From Candidatus Wolframiiraptor gerlachensis (GTDB lineage Archaea; Thermoproteota; Nitrososphaeria_A; Caldarchaeales; Wolframiiraptoraceae): a stretch of DNA of 51,907 nt. Shown in pieces: positions 27,631-37,286 of the stretch; position 1 is the first letter of the stretch, and each line of letters starts with the position of its first letter. Under the pieces are notes generated by a model that worked only from the letters and a program-made list of their open reading frames with translations, was not told the origin of the DNA and did no database searches. A program made the position numbers and the translations under genes. The stretch spans positions 1 to 51,907 of the forward strand of contig JAJPCT020000002.1 in assembly GCA_021323375.2 (NCBI GenBank). Reading direction: 5' to 3'.

Positions 27631-28380
27631 GTGTTCAAGTCTTTTTCGATGGTTATGGGTGGTCCTTATCATATTCTTGCTAAGCCTGGTGAGGTCGCTG
27701 AGAGGGTTATAGCTGTTGGCGATCCCGCGAGAGTGGAGCAGGTCTCGAGGCTCCTCGATAATGCGAGGCCTGTGAATCTTCATCGTGGATTCCCGGTGTA
27801 TACGGGTGAGTATTGTGGTGTCAGGGTCTCGGTGGCTTGTCATGGTATTGGCGGCCCATCATCCGCGATAGCCTTCGAGGAGCTAATAATGCTCGGGGCG
27901 AAGGTGATCGTGAGGCTGGGGACTGCGGGCGGTCTTCTACCAGACATGGAGCCTGGAGAGCTCGTTATACCAGATGCTGTTGCCAGCCTCTCCACATATG
28001 GTGTTCTAGCAACATATGCTCCCGGGATTCACCTTCCGCTAGCGCCGAACTATGAGGTCTTGGAGGCCCTTGTCCAGGAGGCGAGGAGGAGTGGCGCGAG
28101 CTTCCGGATCGGGGCTGTGGTCTCTAATGATGCATTCTACGCTGAGAGTCATGAGTTTGCGATGGAGTGGGCCAAGAAAGGGGTTATAGCGATAGAGATG
28201 GAGTGTGCTGCTCTATTCGGCGTTTCGAGGATGAGGGGGATAAAGTCGGGCGCCCTCCTCATTCTAAGCAATAACGTGGTGCGGGAGACGCCTATACTGA
28301 CGGCGGATAAGCTCGAGGATAGCGTCAGGAAAGCCGCGAAGATAGTCCTTGAGGCCTTGCGAAAGATCGAAATGAAGTAG
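27631..28380 (+). CDS. Purine/uridine nucleoside phosphorylase (PNP_UDP_1)
   Basis: VGDPAR, HGIGGPS, RLGTAG, EMECAAL. Confidence 0.9.
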   Translation: MFKSFSMVMGGPYHILAKPGEVAERVIAVGDPARVEQVSRLLDNARPVNLHRGFPVYTGEYCGVRVSVACHGIGGPSSAIAFEELIMLGAKVIVRLGTAGGLLPDMEPGELVIPDAVASLSTYGVLATYAPGIHLPLAPNYEVLEALVQEARRSGASFRIGAVVSNDAFYAESHEFAMEWAKKGVIAIEMECAALFGVSRMRGIKSGALLILSNNVVRETPILTADKLEDSVRKAAKIVLEALRKIEMK

Positions 28381-28381
28381 G

Positions 28382-30721
28382 CTAGCGTCCTACAATATTA
28401 TGCATCGCGACTAGGTCTTTCTTGAAGGGCCTAAGCTCCCTCGGTATCTCGACCTCTATTGGATCCCTCAGCGATAACCCTCTCTCCTTCTTCATCCTCC
28501 AGACCATTGAGTTGAACTCTATTATCGCGTCAGTGTACTTCGTGTATGCTCGGCTCCACCTCACTCTCGGGAACCTCTCGAGGTGGATGCTCTTCTTAGA
28601 GTACAGCTTTCTCCAGATATAGTCGGTGATGAATGGTGTGATCGGCGCTAGCAGGAGGAGAATGGTCCTGAGAACCTCATGAAGCGTATACCATGCAGCC
28701 TTTTGCTCGCTCTTCGAGAAGCCCCTGCCATAAGCCCTTTGCTTCGACATCTCGATATAGTGGTCGGCGAATATATTCCAAGTGAAGTTCCTTATCGCGG
28801 TTGCTGGTATGAAGAAGTTGAAGTCGCGGTATCCCTCATAGCACTTACGGGCTGTTTCTGCGAGCTCGGCGAGAATCCACCTGTCTGTCGGCATGAGCGC
28901 CGCCCTCCTAGGCCTCGGGAATAGCGAGACATATCTCGCGATGTTGAGGAACTTCGTTATGAACTTCCCCGCATTTGCTATCCTCTCCTCAGAGATCCTG
29001 AAATCCTCTCCTAGGCTCGACTCCTGAGCGCACCAGAACCTGAACCTGTCTGCTCCATATTTTTCGATTATTGGCGCCGGGTCTATCACGTTCCCCTTGC
29101 TCTTGCTCATCTTCTCCCCCTTCTCGTCAAGCCCTGTCCCGCTTATCCAGACGTGCTTAAAGGGCATCTTGCCCGTGAGCTGATAGCATCGGAGAACCGT
29201 GTAATAGAGCCAGGTCCTTACGATGTCCTTGCCCTGAGGCCTGATCGCGACCGGGTAAGCCCTCCTGAAGAAGCGCTCATCACGACCATACTTTGTTATG
29301 AAGAGCGGCGAGATGCTCGAGTCCATCCAGGTGTCGAAAGTCCTTGTCTCGCCGATGAACCTGTCATGGCCGCATTTCCTGCATTTCTTGAATGGTGGAT
29401 TCTCGGCCCATGGGCGATAATACCTGCCGGGCGGCGGTAGATGGGGCTCGCCACACCTCTCGCAATACCAGATCGGTATCTCAGTCCCATAGTATCTCCG
29501 CCTACTAATCGGCCAGTCTATCCGAAGCGAGTCTATCCAGTCTATGAGAAGCCTTCTATGCCGCTCCGGATGAAACTTCATGGTCGCAGACTTCTCCTTC
29601 AAAATCTCGGCGAACTCGAGCTGCTTCAGATAATAATCCTCCATGGGTATGATCTCGATCGGCGTCTTGCTCCTTTCGCAGACCGGGGTCCTATGCATTA
29701 TCTCCTCAATCTTCACGATCAGCCCCATCTCCTTGAGATCCCTGATTATCGCCTCTCTAGCCTCCTCGATCCTCATACCAGCATACTTGCCAGCCGCCTC
29801 TGTCATCCTTCCCTCCTGATTTATCGCGACTATCTCCTTGAGCCCAAGCTCCCTGAATAGAAGCACATCCGTATAGTCTCCATAGCTGCAGATCATTACG
29901 GCGCCGGTCCCGAATTCCGGCCTAGCAGCTGGATGCGGTATAATCTCGACACTCCTCCTGTATATCGGTACGATCGCATGCTTCCAATGGAGGTGAGTAT
30001 ACCTCTCATCACTCGGGTTCACTATCACGGCTTGGCATGCTGCTAGGAGCTCCGGTCTCGTGGTCGCTATTATCAGGTCGCTTCCATCCTCCTCGACCCT
30101 GAACTTGATGTAGACTAGCTTCGCAGGCCTCTCCTCATACTCTATCTCAGCATCAGCTATCGTTGTCCCGCACTCCCAGCAGTAGTTATTCGGCCTAGTG
30201 GCGGAGTAAATCAGCCCGCGATTCCAGAGCTCGATAAAGGTGGCTTGGGTAAGAGTTCTATACTCCTCGGAATCAGTCCTGTAATAGTTGTCGAAGTCTC
30301 CGCTAAGCCCCATCCGCTTCATCAATGCTATCATCTCGGCCTCGAGCTGATCTAAGGTCTCCCTGCAGAGCTCGAGGAACTTCTCCCTCGGCACATCTCT
30401 TATCGAGATACCCCTCACCTTCTCAGTATAGATCTCGACGGGCAGGCCATTTCTATCAATCCCTATAGGGAAGTAGACCTCATAGCCCATCATCCTAGCA
30501 GTCCTAGCAATCATGTCTATCTGGGAGTAGTGGGCGGCGGCTCCAATATGCCAAGGCCTTCCAGATGGATAGGGCGGAGGGGTATCAATAAGGAAGAGGG
30601 GCCTCCTACTCCTAGGATTAAACCTGTAAATCCCCTCCCTTCTCCAAAGCTCCAGAAGCTCCTCCTCAAGCTTTGGATTCCAATGCTTCTCAAGCTCGCT
30701 CGACATGAGCATCAACTTCAC
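28382..30721 (-). CDS. valS: Valine--tRNA ligase
   Basis: DTPPPY, HIGA (HIGH variant), ATTRPE, DWPISRRRYYG, DTWMDSS, KMSKS. Confidence 0.95.
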   Translation of the reverse strand: MKLMLMSSELEKHWNPKLEEELLELWRREGIYRFNPRSRRPLFLIDTPPPYPSGRPWHIGAAAHYSQIDMIARTARMMGYEVYFPIGIDRNGLPVEIYTEKVRGISIRDVPREKFLELCRETLDQLEAEMIALMKRMGLSGDFDNYYRTDSEEYRTLTQATFIELWNRGLIYSATRPNNYCWECGTTIADAEIEYEERPAKLVYIKFRVEEDGSDLIIATTRPELLAACQAVIVNPSDERYTHLHWKHAIVPIYRRSVEIIPHPAARPEFGTGAVMICSYGDYTDVLLFRELGLKEIVAINQEGRMTEAAGKYAGMRIEEAREAIIRDLKEMGLIVKIEEIMHRTPVCERSKTPIEIIPMEDYYLKQLEFAEILKEKSATMKFHPERHRRLLIDWIDSLRIDWPISRRRYYGTEIPIWYCERCGEPHLPPPGRYYRPWAENPPFKKCRKCGHDRFIGETRTFDTWMDSSISPLFITKYGRDERFFRRAYPVAIRPQGKDIVRTWLYYTVLRCYQLTGKMPFKHVWISGTGLDEKGEKMSKSKGNVIDPAPIIEKYGADRFRFWCAQESSLGEDFRISEERIANAGKFITKFLNIARYVSLFPRPRRAALMPTDRWILAELAETARKCYEGYRDFNFFIPATAIRNFTWNIFADHYIEMSKQRAYGRGFSKSEQKAAWYTLHEVLRTILLLLAPITPFITDYIWRKLYSKKSIHLERFPRVRWSRAYTKYTDAIIEFNSMVWRMKKERGLSLRDPIEVEIPRELRPFKKDLVAMHNIVGR

Positions 30722-30804
30722 CTATCCAGCTCTTAAATAAACCTCTTAGTAAAGAGGGTATTAGAAAAGGAGTAAGGAAGGAAGTAGGGGAGGGAGTATA
30801 TTTT

Positions 30805-30890
30805 GGTGTTCTGGGCTTTCTAGCCCTTCTCCTCTCATTTCATCGAGGAGCTTTCGGGGGGACCCTAGACACCCCACATCTATCTGCCGT
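30805..30890 (-). ncRNA. Candidate TnpB omegaRNA / IS right end
   Basis: Just downstream of tnpB: GATGTGGGG..CCCCCCGAAAG, stem CTCCTC/GAGGAG around GATGAAATGA, hairpin GGGCT-AGAA-AGCCC. Confidence 0.6.
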
Positions 30891-32053
30891 TAGGCATCAA
30901 AAAGAGGTTTGGGGGTCCTCGCGTTTGCGCACTCCTCGTAGTAACACTTCGCCAGGTTCTTTACCGCTATCACGTCCCTATCCTTTTCCAAGCCGCATCT
31001 TTGGCATCTCCTGAGCCTGCACCCATTTGAGCTTAGATCCAGTTCACCTTCACACATCGGGCATAGGCTCGACGTATACGCTGGATCAACATACTTCACG
31101 TTAAGTCCATGAAGCCTCGCCTGATACTCCAATATCCACTGGAATTTTCTATAACCCCATCTATGCAACCGCCCATTAAGCTCTTTGGAATCCTTATCTT
31201 CCTTATAGATCTCGAGATCCTCCATCACGATTACAGTAGCCCCGATCTCAAGCGCCTTACCGATAATCTCCCTAGCCACTTTATAGTAGATCTCCCTGAT
31301 CCTTCGCCACTCTCGTCCTCTATACTTCTCCAGTAACCTTCTTCGCAGCCCCCTGCCGCGGATCCTTGTTTGAATTCGCCGACGCTTAAGGAAATATCGA
31401 GTCCTAATAATTCCCTCATTAGTCTCGAACCTCTCAACGAAATCATTGTTACCATAGACGATGACATTCTCGTTGACATCGACGGCGACAACCCTTGCAT
31501 CAGTGTTCGGCTCTGGTAACACGACCGTCTGGTAGAAGCTGACATTCAAGTAAAGACCATCATCCCTCAGCACCAGCCGCGCCTCGCCCATTTCCATTCT
31601 TTTGAACCTCTCGTGATACCTCCCATGAAGTAGCTTCAGCGTAACCCGCCTCCCGTTATGAACAGCTATCGAGACCATCCAGTTTTCGACATCAAGCCTA
31701 AATAAATCCTTGTGCAGCCATATTGTCCGCCCCTTAAACGTCGGCCTATCCTTCTCACACATCCCCAGCCTCTTCAACTCCATGAGGGACTTGTAGATAC
31801 TTGTGGCATGCCGGCAGGCGGTAAAAATATAATGCGATGGCAATGTCGGGTATCTCTGCCGCAGCTCCTGGTACTTTGCATGATACAATTCCACGAAACT
31901 CGTAATATGATTGCTTGCAGCGAGCTTGATGAGTTCATTCACGATCCTCCGATACTCATAGAATAGGCGGTATATCTCCGAGATCACTGATTCATCAACA
32001 TCCGCGAGATCCACCTTAAATCTCGCCGTAAGCGTTATCTTCTCCACGGGCAT
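30890..32053 (-). CDS. tnpB: IS200/IS605-family RNA-guided nuclease TnpB
   Basis: RuvC-I VAVDVN, RuvC-II MEDL, PAYTSSLCPMC/CQRC Zn ribbon, RuvC-III DRDVIAVKNL. Confidence 0.93.
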   Translation of the reverse strand: MPVEKITLTARFKVDLADVDESVISEIYRLFYEYRRIVNELIKLAASNHITSFVELYHAKYQELRQRYPTLPSHYIFTACRHATSIYKSLMELKRLGMCEKDRPTFKGRTIWLHKDLFRLDVENWMVSIAVHNGRRVTLKLLHGRYHERFKRMEMGEARLVLRDDGLYLNVSFYQTVVLPEPNTDARVVAVDVNENVIVYGNNDFVERFETNEGIIRTRYFLKRRRIQTRIRGRGLRRRLLEKYRGREWRRIREIYYKVAREIIGKALEIGATVIVMEDLEIYKEDKDSKELNGRLHRWGYRKFQWILEYQARLHGLNVKYVDPAYTSSLCPMCEGELDLSSNGCRLRRCQRCGLEKDRDVIAVKNLAKCYYEECANARTPKPLFDA

Positions 32054-32617
32054 CCTCACTCCACCTCCGGATCAGCTCCCAATGATGTCGAGGACATCCT
32101 GCTCTTACCATCAAGCTATGGCCTGCTCTAACAGCTCGTATATCTCTGCCCTCAGCCTCTCCCATTAACGGATTACCGAGAAACTTGGCATAGAACCGGC
32201 AGAACTCGAAGACATCATCCCTGATCTTCGCATAATCATCTAGCTTGACCCTGAAATCCCCCCTCTGCCACCCACATAGCCCCTCGAGCATCGCCAGCAG
32301 CGGCGCCATCAACGACATTAAAGGCCGAGATGACATGCATGTTTGTTAAGGATAAGTCCAAGGGCTATGAGAAGGTATGCGGGGAGTGTTGCGGGGAGTG
32401 CTTTCAATGAATACGGGGATTCGGCATACTTGAGCGAGGATATGATGGAGACTAGGAGCCCCGTCAGGAGTATCTGGCCGGGAGATGTTGTGATTCTAGA
32501 AGGGGGATAAAGTGGTGGGGATGGTCTAAGCGGATGAGGACTAGGATGGTTGTCCTAGCCCGATTGATGGAAATCCAAAGACTCAGGAATTCGCGCTAAG
32601 ACCTCTTATTGTTACGA

Positions 32618-32697
32618 CTGTTGATAGGCGGGGTAGGATTTAGGAGATTTTATATATTGAGAGAAGCATAAGGCAGTCTGTGATCTATGTGGAAGCG
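32618..32697 (+). repeat. Degenerate copy of the 17..316 gene core
   Basis: TTGATAGGCGGGG..GAGATTTTATATATTGAGAGAAGCATAAGGCAGTCTGTGATCTATGTGG aligns to about 107-184 with a stop and indels. Confidence 0.75.
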
Positions 32698-32947
32698 ATA
32701 GGCTGGGGAGGATGGGGTTCAGAATACCCACTATATTTGAGATCCGAGATGATGGTAGTATCAAAGAGGAACATATATCTCATGGATTCGTCAGACAGGA
32801 TATAGTGGTCTAACTGTATAGCAATTACGGTGATCTATGATCCTAGGTCGAAGATCTTCGAGGATATCATATATCGCATTGGAGCTATAAAGCCTGTTGG
32901 GAAATAGTTAAGAGGAGAATCTTTTCCCTCGGTTGAGGAGGCTGGCG

Positions 32948-33169
32948 ATGAGCAAGAGGGTCGAGAAGATCGAGGAGCCCGTCCCAGCGGTCGTCGAGCA
33001 GATAGTGGGGAGGACTGGTGTAACCGGCGAGGTCACCCAAGTCAGGGTCAGGATACTCGAGGGAAGGGATGCTGGCAGGGTTATCTCGAGGAATGTTAAG
33101 GGCCCTGTGAGGGTCGGGGATATCTTAATGCTCCTCGACACGGAGCGCGAGGCCGAGAAAATAAGGTGA
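32948..33169 (+). CDS. rps28e: 30S ribosomal protein S28e
   Basis: [34 protein letters not shown]. Confidence 0.96.
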   Translation: MSKRVEKIEEPVPAVVEQIVGRTGVTGEVTQVRVRILEGRDAGRVISRNVKGPVRVGDILMLLDTEREAEKIR

Positions 33170-33182
33170 GGTGACTCGGAGC

Positions 33183-33380
33183 ATGCCGACGAAGCATAAA
33201 TGCGCCTTCTGTGGAAGGGAATTCCTCCACGGAAGAGGCATATTGTATGTGAGGAATGATGGGACGCAGCTCTGGTTCTGCTCCCGAAAATGTAGGGTCA
33301 GCATGATAGACTTCAAGAGGGATCCGCGAAAATTCAAGTGGACGGAGAAATACGCGCCGGAGGCTGTTAGGGCCCGGTAA
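33183..33380 (+). CDS. rpl24e: 50S ribosomal protein L24e
   Basis: CAFCG..G..YVRNDG..FCSRKC..PRKFKWT. Confidence 0.95.
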   Translation: MPTKHKCAFCGREFLHGRGILYVRNDGTQLWFCSRKCRVSMIDFKRDPRKFKWTEKYAPEAVRAR

Positions 33381-33431
33381 AGCTGTTGCTTAAGGAACAT
33401 CCATATATTATTGCCTATCCAGGCACGTGGT

Positions 33432-33869
33432 ATGAGCGAGAGAAGCGAGATCGAGAGGACATTCGTAATGCTCAAGCCGAGCTGCATTCAGAGGGGGCTC
33501 ATGGGAGAGGTCATCTCAAGGTTTGAGAGGAAGGGGCTTAGGATACTCCAGATAAAGATCATGAAGATGTCTAAAGAGAAGGCGGAGGAGCTTTACAAAG
33601 TTCATGAGGGGAAGCCATTCTATCAGAGCCTGATAAACGCGATATCGGGCAAAACCGTGGCCTTAATGGTTCTTGAGGGCAGGAGGGCGATAAGCGTTGT
33701 GAGGAAGCTGATAGGCGCGACTGACCCGGCGCAGGCTGAGGCGGGCACCATCCGAGGAGACCTCGCAATAGATCTAACAGATAACCTGATCCATGCCTCT
33801 GATAGTCTTGAATCCTATGAGCGTGAGCATAGGATATTCTTCACCGAGGAGGAGCTTGAGACGCTATGA
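33432..33869 (+). CDS. ndk: Nucleoside diphosphate kinase
   Basis: ERTFVMLKP, GATDP, GTIRGD, NLIHASDS. Confidence 0.96.
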   Translation: MSERSEIERTFVMLKPSCIQRGLMGEVISRFERKGLRILQIKIMKMSKEKAEELYKVHEGKPFYQSLINAISGKTVALMVLEGRRAISVVRKLIGATDPAQAEAGTIRGDLAIDLTDNLIHASDSLESYEREHRIFFTEEELETL

Positions 33870-33926
33870 TGCTCCAGCTGAACCATAAATGTTAAGAGCT
33901 AGAGGCTATAAGCCCACTTAAGGAGG

Positions 33927-35159
33927 TTGTCGACCATTAAGCCCCTTCCAGCCCAGCCGGAAGTGAATATTGGGACCTTAGGCCATGTTGATAATGGCAA
34001 GAGCACAATAGTTCAGGCGATAACAGGGATCTGGCCCGCAAGGCACTCCGAGGAGCTGAAGAGGGGTATCACTATCAAGATAGGATACGCCGATGCGGCG
34101 ATCTACAAGTGTCCCAGCTGCGAGGAGCCCCATAACTACACGAATCAGGAGAAGTGTCCGAGATGCGGCTCGAAGACGGAGTTCGTGAGGGCGATCTCGT
34201 TTATAGACTGCCCGGGCCACCACTCCCTAATGATAACCATGCTATCCGGCGCGGCCCTTTTCGACGGAGCGATATTCGTCGCGGATGTTAGACACAAGTT
34301 CCCACAACCACAGGATCGAGAGCATCTCCAGGCAGCGTTAATCCTCGGTGTAAAAAACATGATATTCGCCCAGAATAAGATAGATGTCTCGACGAGGGAG
34401 AGGGCGATAGAGAACTATGATGAGATCAAGAACTATACCAAGGGGACTATTGTAGAGGGGGCGCCGATAATCCCGGTCTCCGGCCAGCAGGGTGTTGGAA
34501 TAGACGTGCTCCTCTGGGCCATGGAGAAGTTTATCCCAACTCCTCCACGAGAGCTGGATAAGCCATTCCGCATGCCGATCCTAAGATCATTCGACATTAA
34601 TCCTCCTGGAACGCCGGCGCAGAATCTGAGGGGCGGCGTTATAGGGGGCTCGATAATAAGGGGCGTTGTCAGGGTTGGTGATGAGATAGAGATCGCTCCA
34701 GGCCCGCTCATAAATGGGAAATGCGAGCCGATAATCACGGAGGTCGTGAATATCAGGGCTGGAGGTAGAAATGTTGAAGAGGCTAGGAGCGGGGGATTAA
34801 CAGGAATAGAGACGAAGCTCGATCCAGCCTTAACCAAGGCTGATGGAATGACTGGGAATATGGCCGGGAAGCCCGGGACCCTGCCGCCAATCCGAAGCCA
34901 CCTAGAATTGGAGTATAAGCTCTTCGAGAAGGTTGTTGGATTAAGCGAGGATGTGGCGGTCGCCCCAATAAGGGAGCGGGAGGCCCTCGTGATAAACGTC
35001 TACTCCGCTGTAACAAGCGGCATAGTCACGAGGCGGACGAGCGATAGGATAGAGCTGGAGCTGAGGAGACCTATAGTCGCTGAGGATGGTGATAAGGTCG
35101 CGATCTCGAGGATCATGGGATCGGCTTGGAGGCTAATCGGGTACGGGAAGATAGTCTAG
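33927..35159 (+). CDS. eif2g: Translation initiation factor 2 gamma subunit
   Basis: QPEVNIGTLGHVDNGKS, EELKRGITIKIGYA, DCPGH, NKID, WRLIGYG. Confidence 0.96.
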   Translation: MSTIKPLPAQPEVNIGTLGHVDNGKSTIVQAITGIWPARHSEELKRGITIKIGYADAAIYKCPSCEEPHNYTNQEKCPRCGSKTEFVRAISFIDCPGHHSLMITMLSGAALFDGAIFVADVRHKFPQPQDREHLQAALILGVKNMIFAQNKIDVSTRERAIENYDEIKNYTKGTIVEGAPIIPVSGQQGVGIDVLLWAMEKFIPTPPRELDKPFRMPILRSFDINPPGTPAQNLRGGVIGGSIIRGVVRVGDEIEIAPGPLINGKCEPIITEVVNIRAGGRNVEEARSGGLTGIETKLDPALTKADGMTGNMAGKPGTLPPIRSHLELEYKLFEKVVGLSEDVAVAPIREREALVINVYSAVTSGIVTRRTSDRIELELRRPIVAEDGDKVAISRIMGSAWRLIGYGKIV

Positions 35160-35160
35160 G

Positions 35161-35547
35161 ATGAAGGTACTAGTTGATGCCAGCTTCCTGATGCTATGTG
35201 CGGAGGCTGGTAGAGACTTCATACGGCTGGCGGAGGATGTTATTGGAGAGCCCATGGAGCCGTATATAACAGAAGAAGTCCTCAATGAGCTGAGGAGCAT
35301 TGCTGGGAAGGGTGGCAGGAGAGGGCGGCTCGCATCCATCGCCTTGGAGATAGCAGGCAGGATGCATGTTATCGGAGGAGGGGGTGAGATGCCCGCGGAC
35401 ATGAGACTTCTCCAAGAAGCTGCGCGCCTCAAGGCGGCCATAGCCACGATGGACATGAACCTGATAAAAAGGGCTAGATCCCTAGGAATACCCGTGATAA
35501 GCATCAGATCGGATAAGAGGATAATTTTTGAGGGGTTTAGGCTATAG
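35161..35547 (+). CDS. PIN-domain protein (Fcf1/Utp24-like, COG1412)
   Basis: VLVDASFL, VLNEL, ATMD; conserved position between eif2g and rpoE1. Confidence 0.85.
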   Translation: MKVLVDASFLMLCAEAGRDFIRLAEDVIGEPMEPYITEEVLNELRSIAGKGGRRGRLASIALEIAGRMHVIGGGGEMPADMRLLQEAARLKAAIATMDMNLIKRARSLGIPVISIRSDKRIIFEGFRL

Positions 35548-35614
35548 GCCGGAGAGCAATCCTTAAATCGGAAGCAAATATCTAAATTTTACTGGTTTTT
35601 GAAGGGTTAGGAAA

Positions 35615-36202
35615 ATGTTCTACCTCGTGGAAATAGAAGATGTTGTCGCGATTCCCCCAAGGGATTTTGGCAGGCCGCTTAAGAAAGTGGTATTAGAGAG
35701 GGTTAAGGAGGCTTATGAGGGTAAGATCCTAGAGGATCTCGGATATGTTGTCATGGTGGTGGATGTTGAGGCTGATCCTGTCGGCGTGCTCCTCCCGAGG
35801 GATGGAGCGACATATCATAGGGCTAGGGCGAAGCTCCTCTGCTTCTATCCGAGGATACAGGAGGTTGGCGAGGGAGAGGTTGTCGAGATCACGGAGTTCG
35901 GCGCATTCATCAGGGTCGGCCCACTAGACGCCCTCCTACACATATCCCAGATCATGGATGATTACATAACCTATGATGAGAGGCACTCGGTTTTAATGGG
36001 CAAGAAGACGGGTAATAAGCTCGAGGTAGGAGATGATGTCAGGTTTAGGGTTGTAGCGGTCTCACTAACCCATGGCACGACTGGGAAGATAGGGGTTACG
36101 ACGAGGCAGCCATATCTCGGGAAACTTGAGTGGATTAAGAAGAGCTTGGAGAAGCTCGTGCCCGAGCCGAAGAAGGCGAAGGCCGTGGCGGGTGAGGAGT
36201 AG
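35615..36202 (+). CDS. rpoE1: RNA polymerase subunit E' (Rpo7)
   Basis: S1 domain FGAFIRVGPLDALLHISQIMDD, RQPYLGKLEW. Confidence 0.96.
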   Translation: MFYLVEIEDVVAIPPRDFGRPLKKVVLERVKEAYEGKILEDLGYVVMVVDVEADPVGVLLPRDGATYHRARAKLLCFYPRIQEVGEGEVVEITEFGAFIRVGPLDALLHISQIMDDYITYDERHSVLMGKKTGNKLEVGDDVRFRVVAVSLTHGTTGKIGVTTRQPYLGKLEWIKKSLEKLVPEPKKAKAVAGEE

Positions 36203-36397
36203 TTGCCCGCAGCTCTCCGAGCATGCAGGGATTGCAAATTCATAACAACATCAAGAGACAGATGCGAGAACTGCGGCTCGACAAACCTCACACAATCATT
36301 CTATGGCATGATAATAATCTTGGATGAGGAGAGGTCGGAGATAGCACGAGATCTCGGGATAAGGAAGAAAGGAGCCTATGCGATCAGAGTCGCTTAA
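36203..36397 (+). CDS. spt4: Transcription elongation factor Spt4 (RpoE'')
   Basis: ACRDC..CENCG..GMIIILD..SEIA..GAYAIRV. Confidence 0.93.
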   Translation: MPAALRACRDCKFITTSRDRCENCGSTNLTQSFYGMIIILDEERSEIARDLGIRKKGAYAIRVA

Positions 36398-36947
36398 ATG
36401 GCCTCCGAGACATAGGCTGATCTTCCCCGAGAATGTTAAGAGGCTCCTAAGGGAGCCGGCAGGCAGACTGATATCTGGGGACCCGGATCAGGTGATGAAA
36501 GAGGTTAAGCGGCTGATCGAGGCGGATAACCCACCGCTAGTCATCGCGGTGGGTGACTACACCTCGGCCAAGCTCAGGGAGCATGGAGTACGAGTAAACA
36601 TCTATATCATTGATGGGAGGATCGAGAGAAGGTCATGCCAGATCTTCGATACGTCCGGGCTCAGGGTGATCCAGTGCGTGAATGATCCCGGGACGATATG
36701 CCCAGAGGCGGCCTCAAAGCTTCATGAGCTCCTCAGAGAGCCCGACATCAAGGATACGGTTCTCCTCGTGATGGGGGAAGAGGACCTGCTCACCTTAGCC
36801 GCGATAATCTCCGCGCCCGAGGGCTCTGCGATAATCTACGGCCAGCCAGGAGTCGGAAGCGTCTACGTGAAAGTGGATAAAGCCCTAAAGAGGAAGGCTC
36901 TGGAAATAATCGAGCTCGTGGAATCCAGCGCTCCACATGAGAAGTGA
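36378..36947 (+). CDS. GTP-dependent dephospho-CoA kinase (DUF359)
   Basis: VGD, IDGRIER, NDPGTI, GEEDLL, YGQPG. Confidence 0.9.
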   Translation: MRSESLKWPPRHRLIFPENVKRLLREPAGRLISGDPDQVMKEVKRLIEADNPPLVIAVGDYTSAKLREHGVRVNIYIIDGRIERRSCQIFDTSGLRVIQCVNDPGTICPEAASKLHELLREPDIKDTVLLVMGEEDLLTLAAIISAPEGSAIIYGQPGVGSVYVKVDKALKRKALEIIELVESSAPHEK

Positions 36948-37004
36948 GGTTTATTTAATGGGCGTTAATCATGAGGATTGCCTCCTGAGCTGGAGGTGGA
37001 TGAC

Positions 37005-37286
37005 TTGCCTCGGAGATACCTCAGGACAAGGAGCAGGAAGAAGAAGTACGTGAGGACTCCGGGCGGCAGAACTGTGATCCACTATGTTGATGAGAAGAGG
37101 AGTCATCATCACTGCGCTAGATGCGGCGGCATAATCCACGGGATACCTAGGGAGAAGGACTTCAAGCTCACCCATAGCGAGAGGACTGTGGAAAGGTATT
37201 ATGGTGGCATCCTCTGCCAGAACTGCTTGGAAGAGCTGATTAGAGCGCAGGTCGCCAAGGAGTGGGAGGCGGTTACACAAGTTTGA
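37005..37286 (+). CDS. rpl34e: 50S ribosomal protein L34e
   Basis: VRTPGGR, CARCG, RYYGGILC; TTG 37005 follows a GGAGGTG SD. Confidence 0.93.
   Translation: MPRRYLRTRSRKKKYVRTPGGRTVIHYVDEKRSHHHCARCGGIIHGIPREKDFKLTHSERTVERYYGGILCQNCLEELIRAQVAKEWEAVTQV

Larger units (their letters stand above)
30805..32070 (-). mobile_element. tnpB-only (IS1341-like) insertion element; ends approximate
   Basis: Intact tnpB plus structured 3' end; no intact tnpA nearby. Confidence 0.65.

Noticed and set aside
32016-32336. Possible tnpA upstream of tnpB
   Set aside because: No HUH/Y1 or serine-recombinase catalytic motif; only a faint EGRDIRAVR resemblance to IS607 N-termini
32705-32717. 13-nt match GGGGAGGATGGGG with about 51668-51680
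   Set aside because: Low-complexity purine run, flanks do not align
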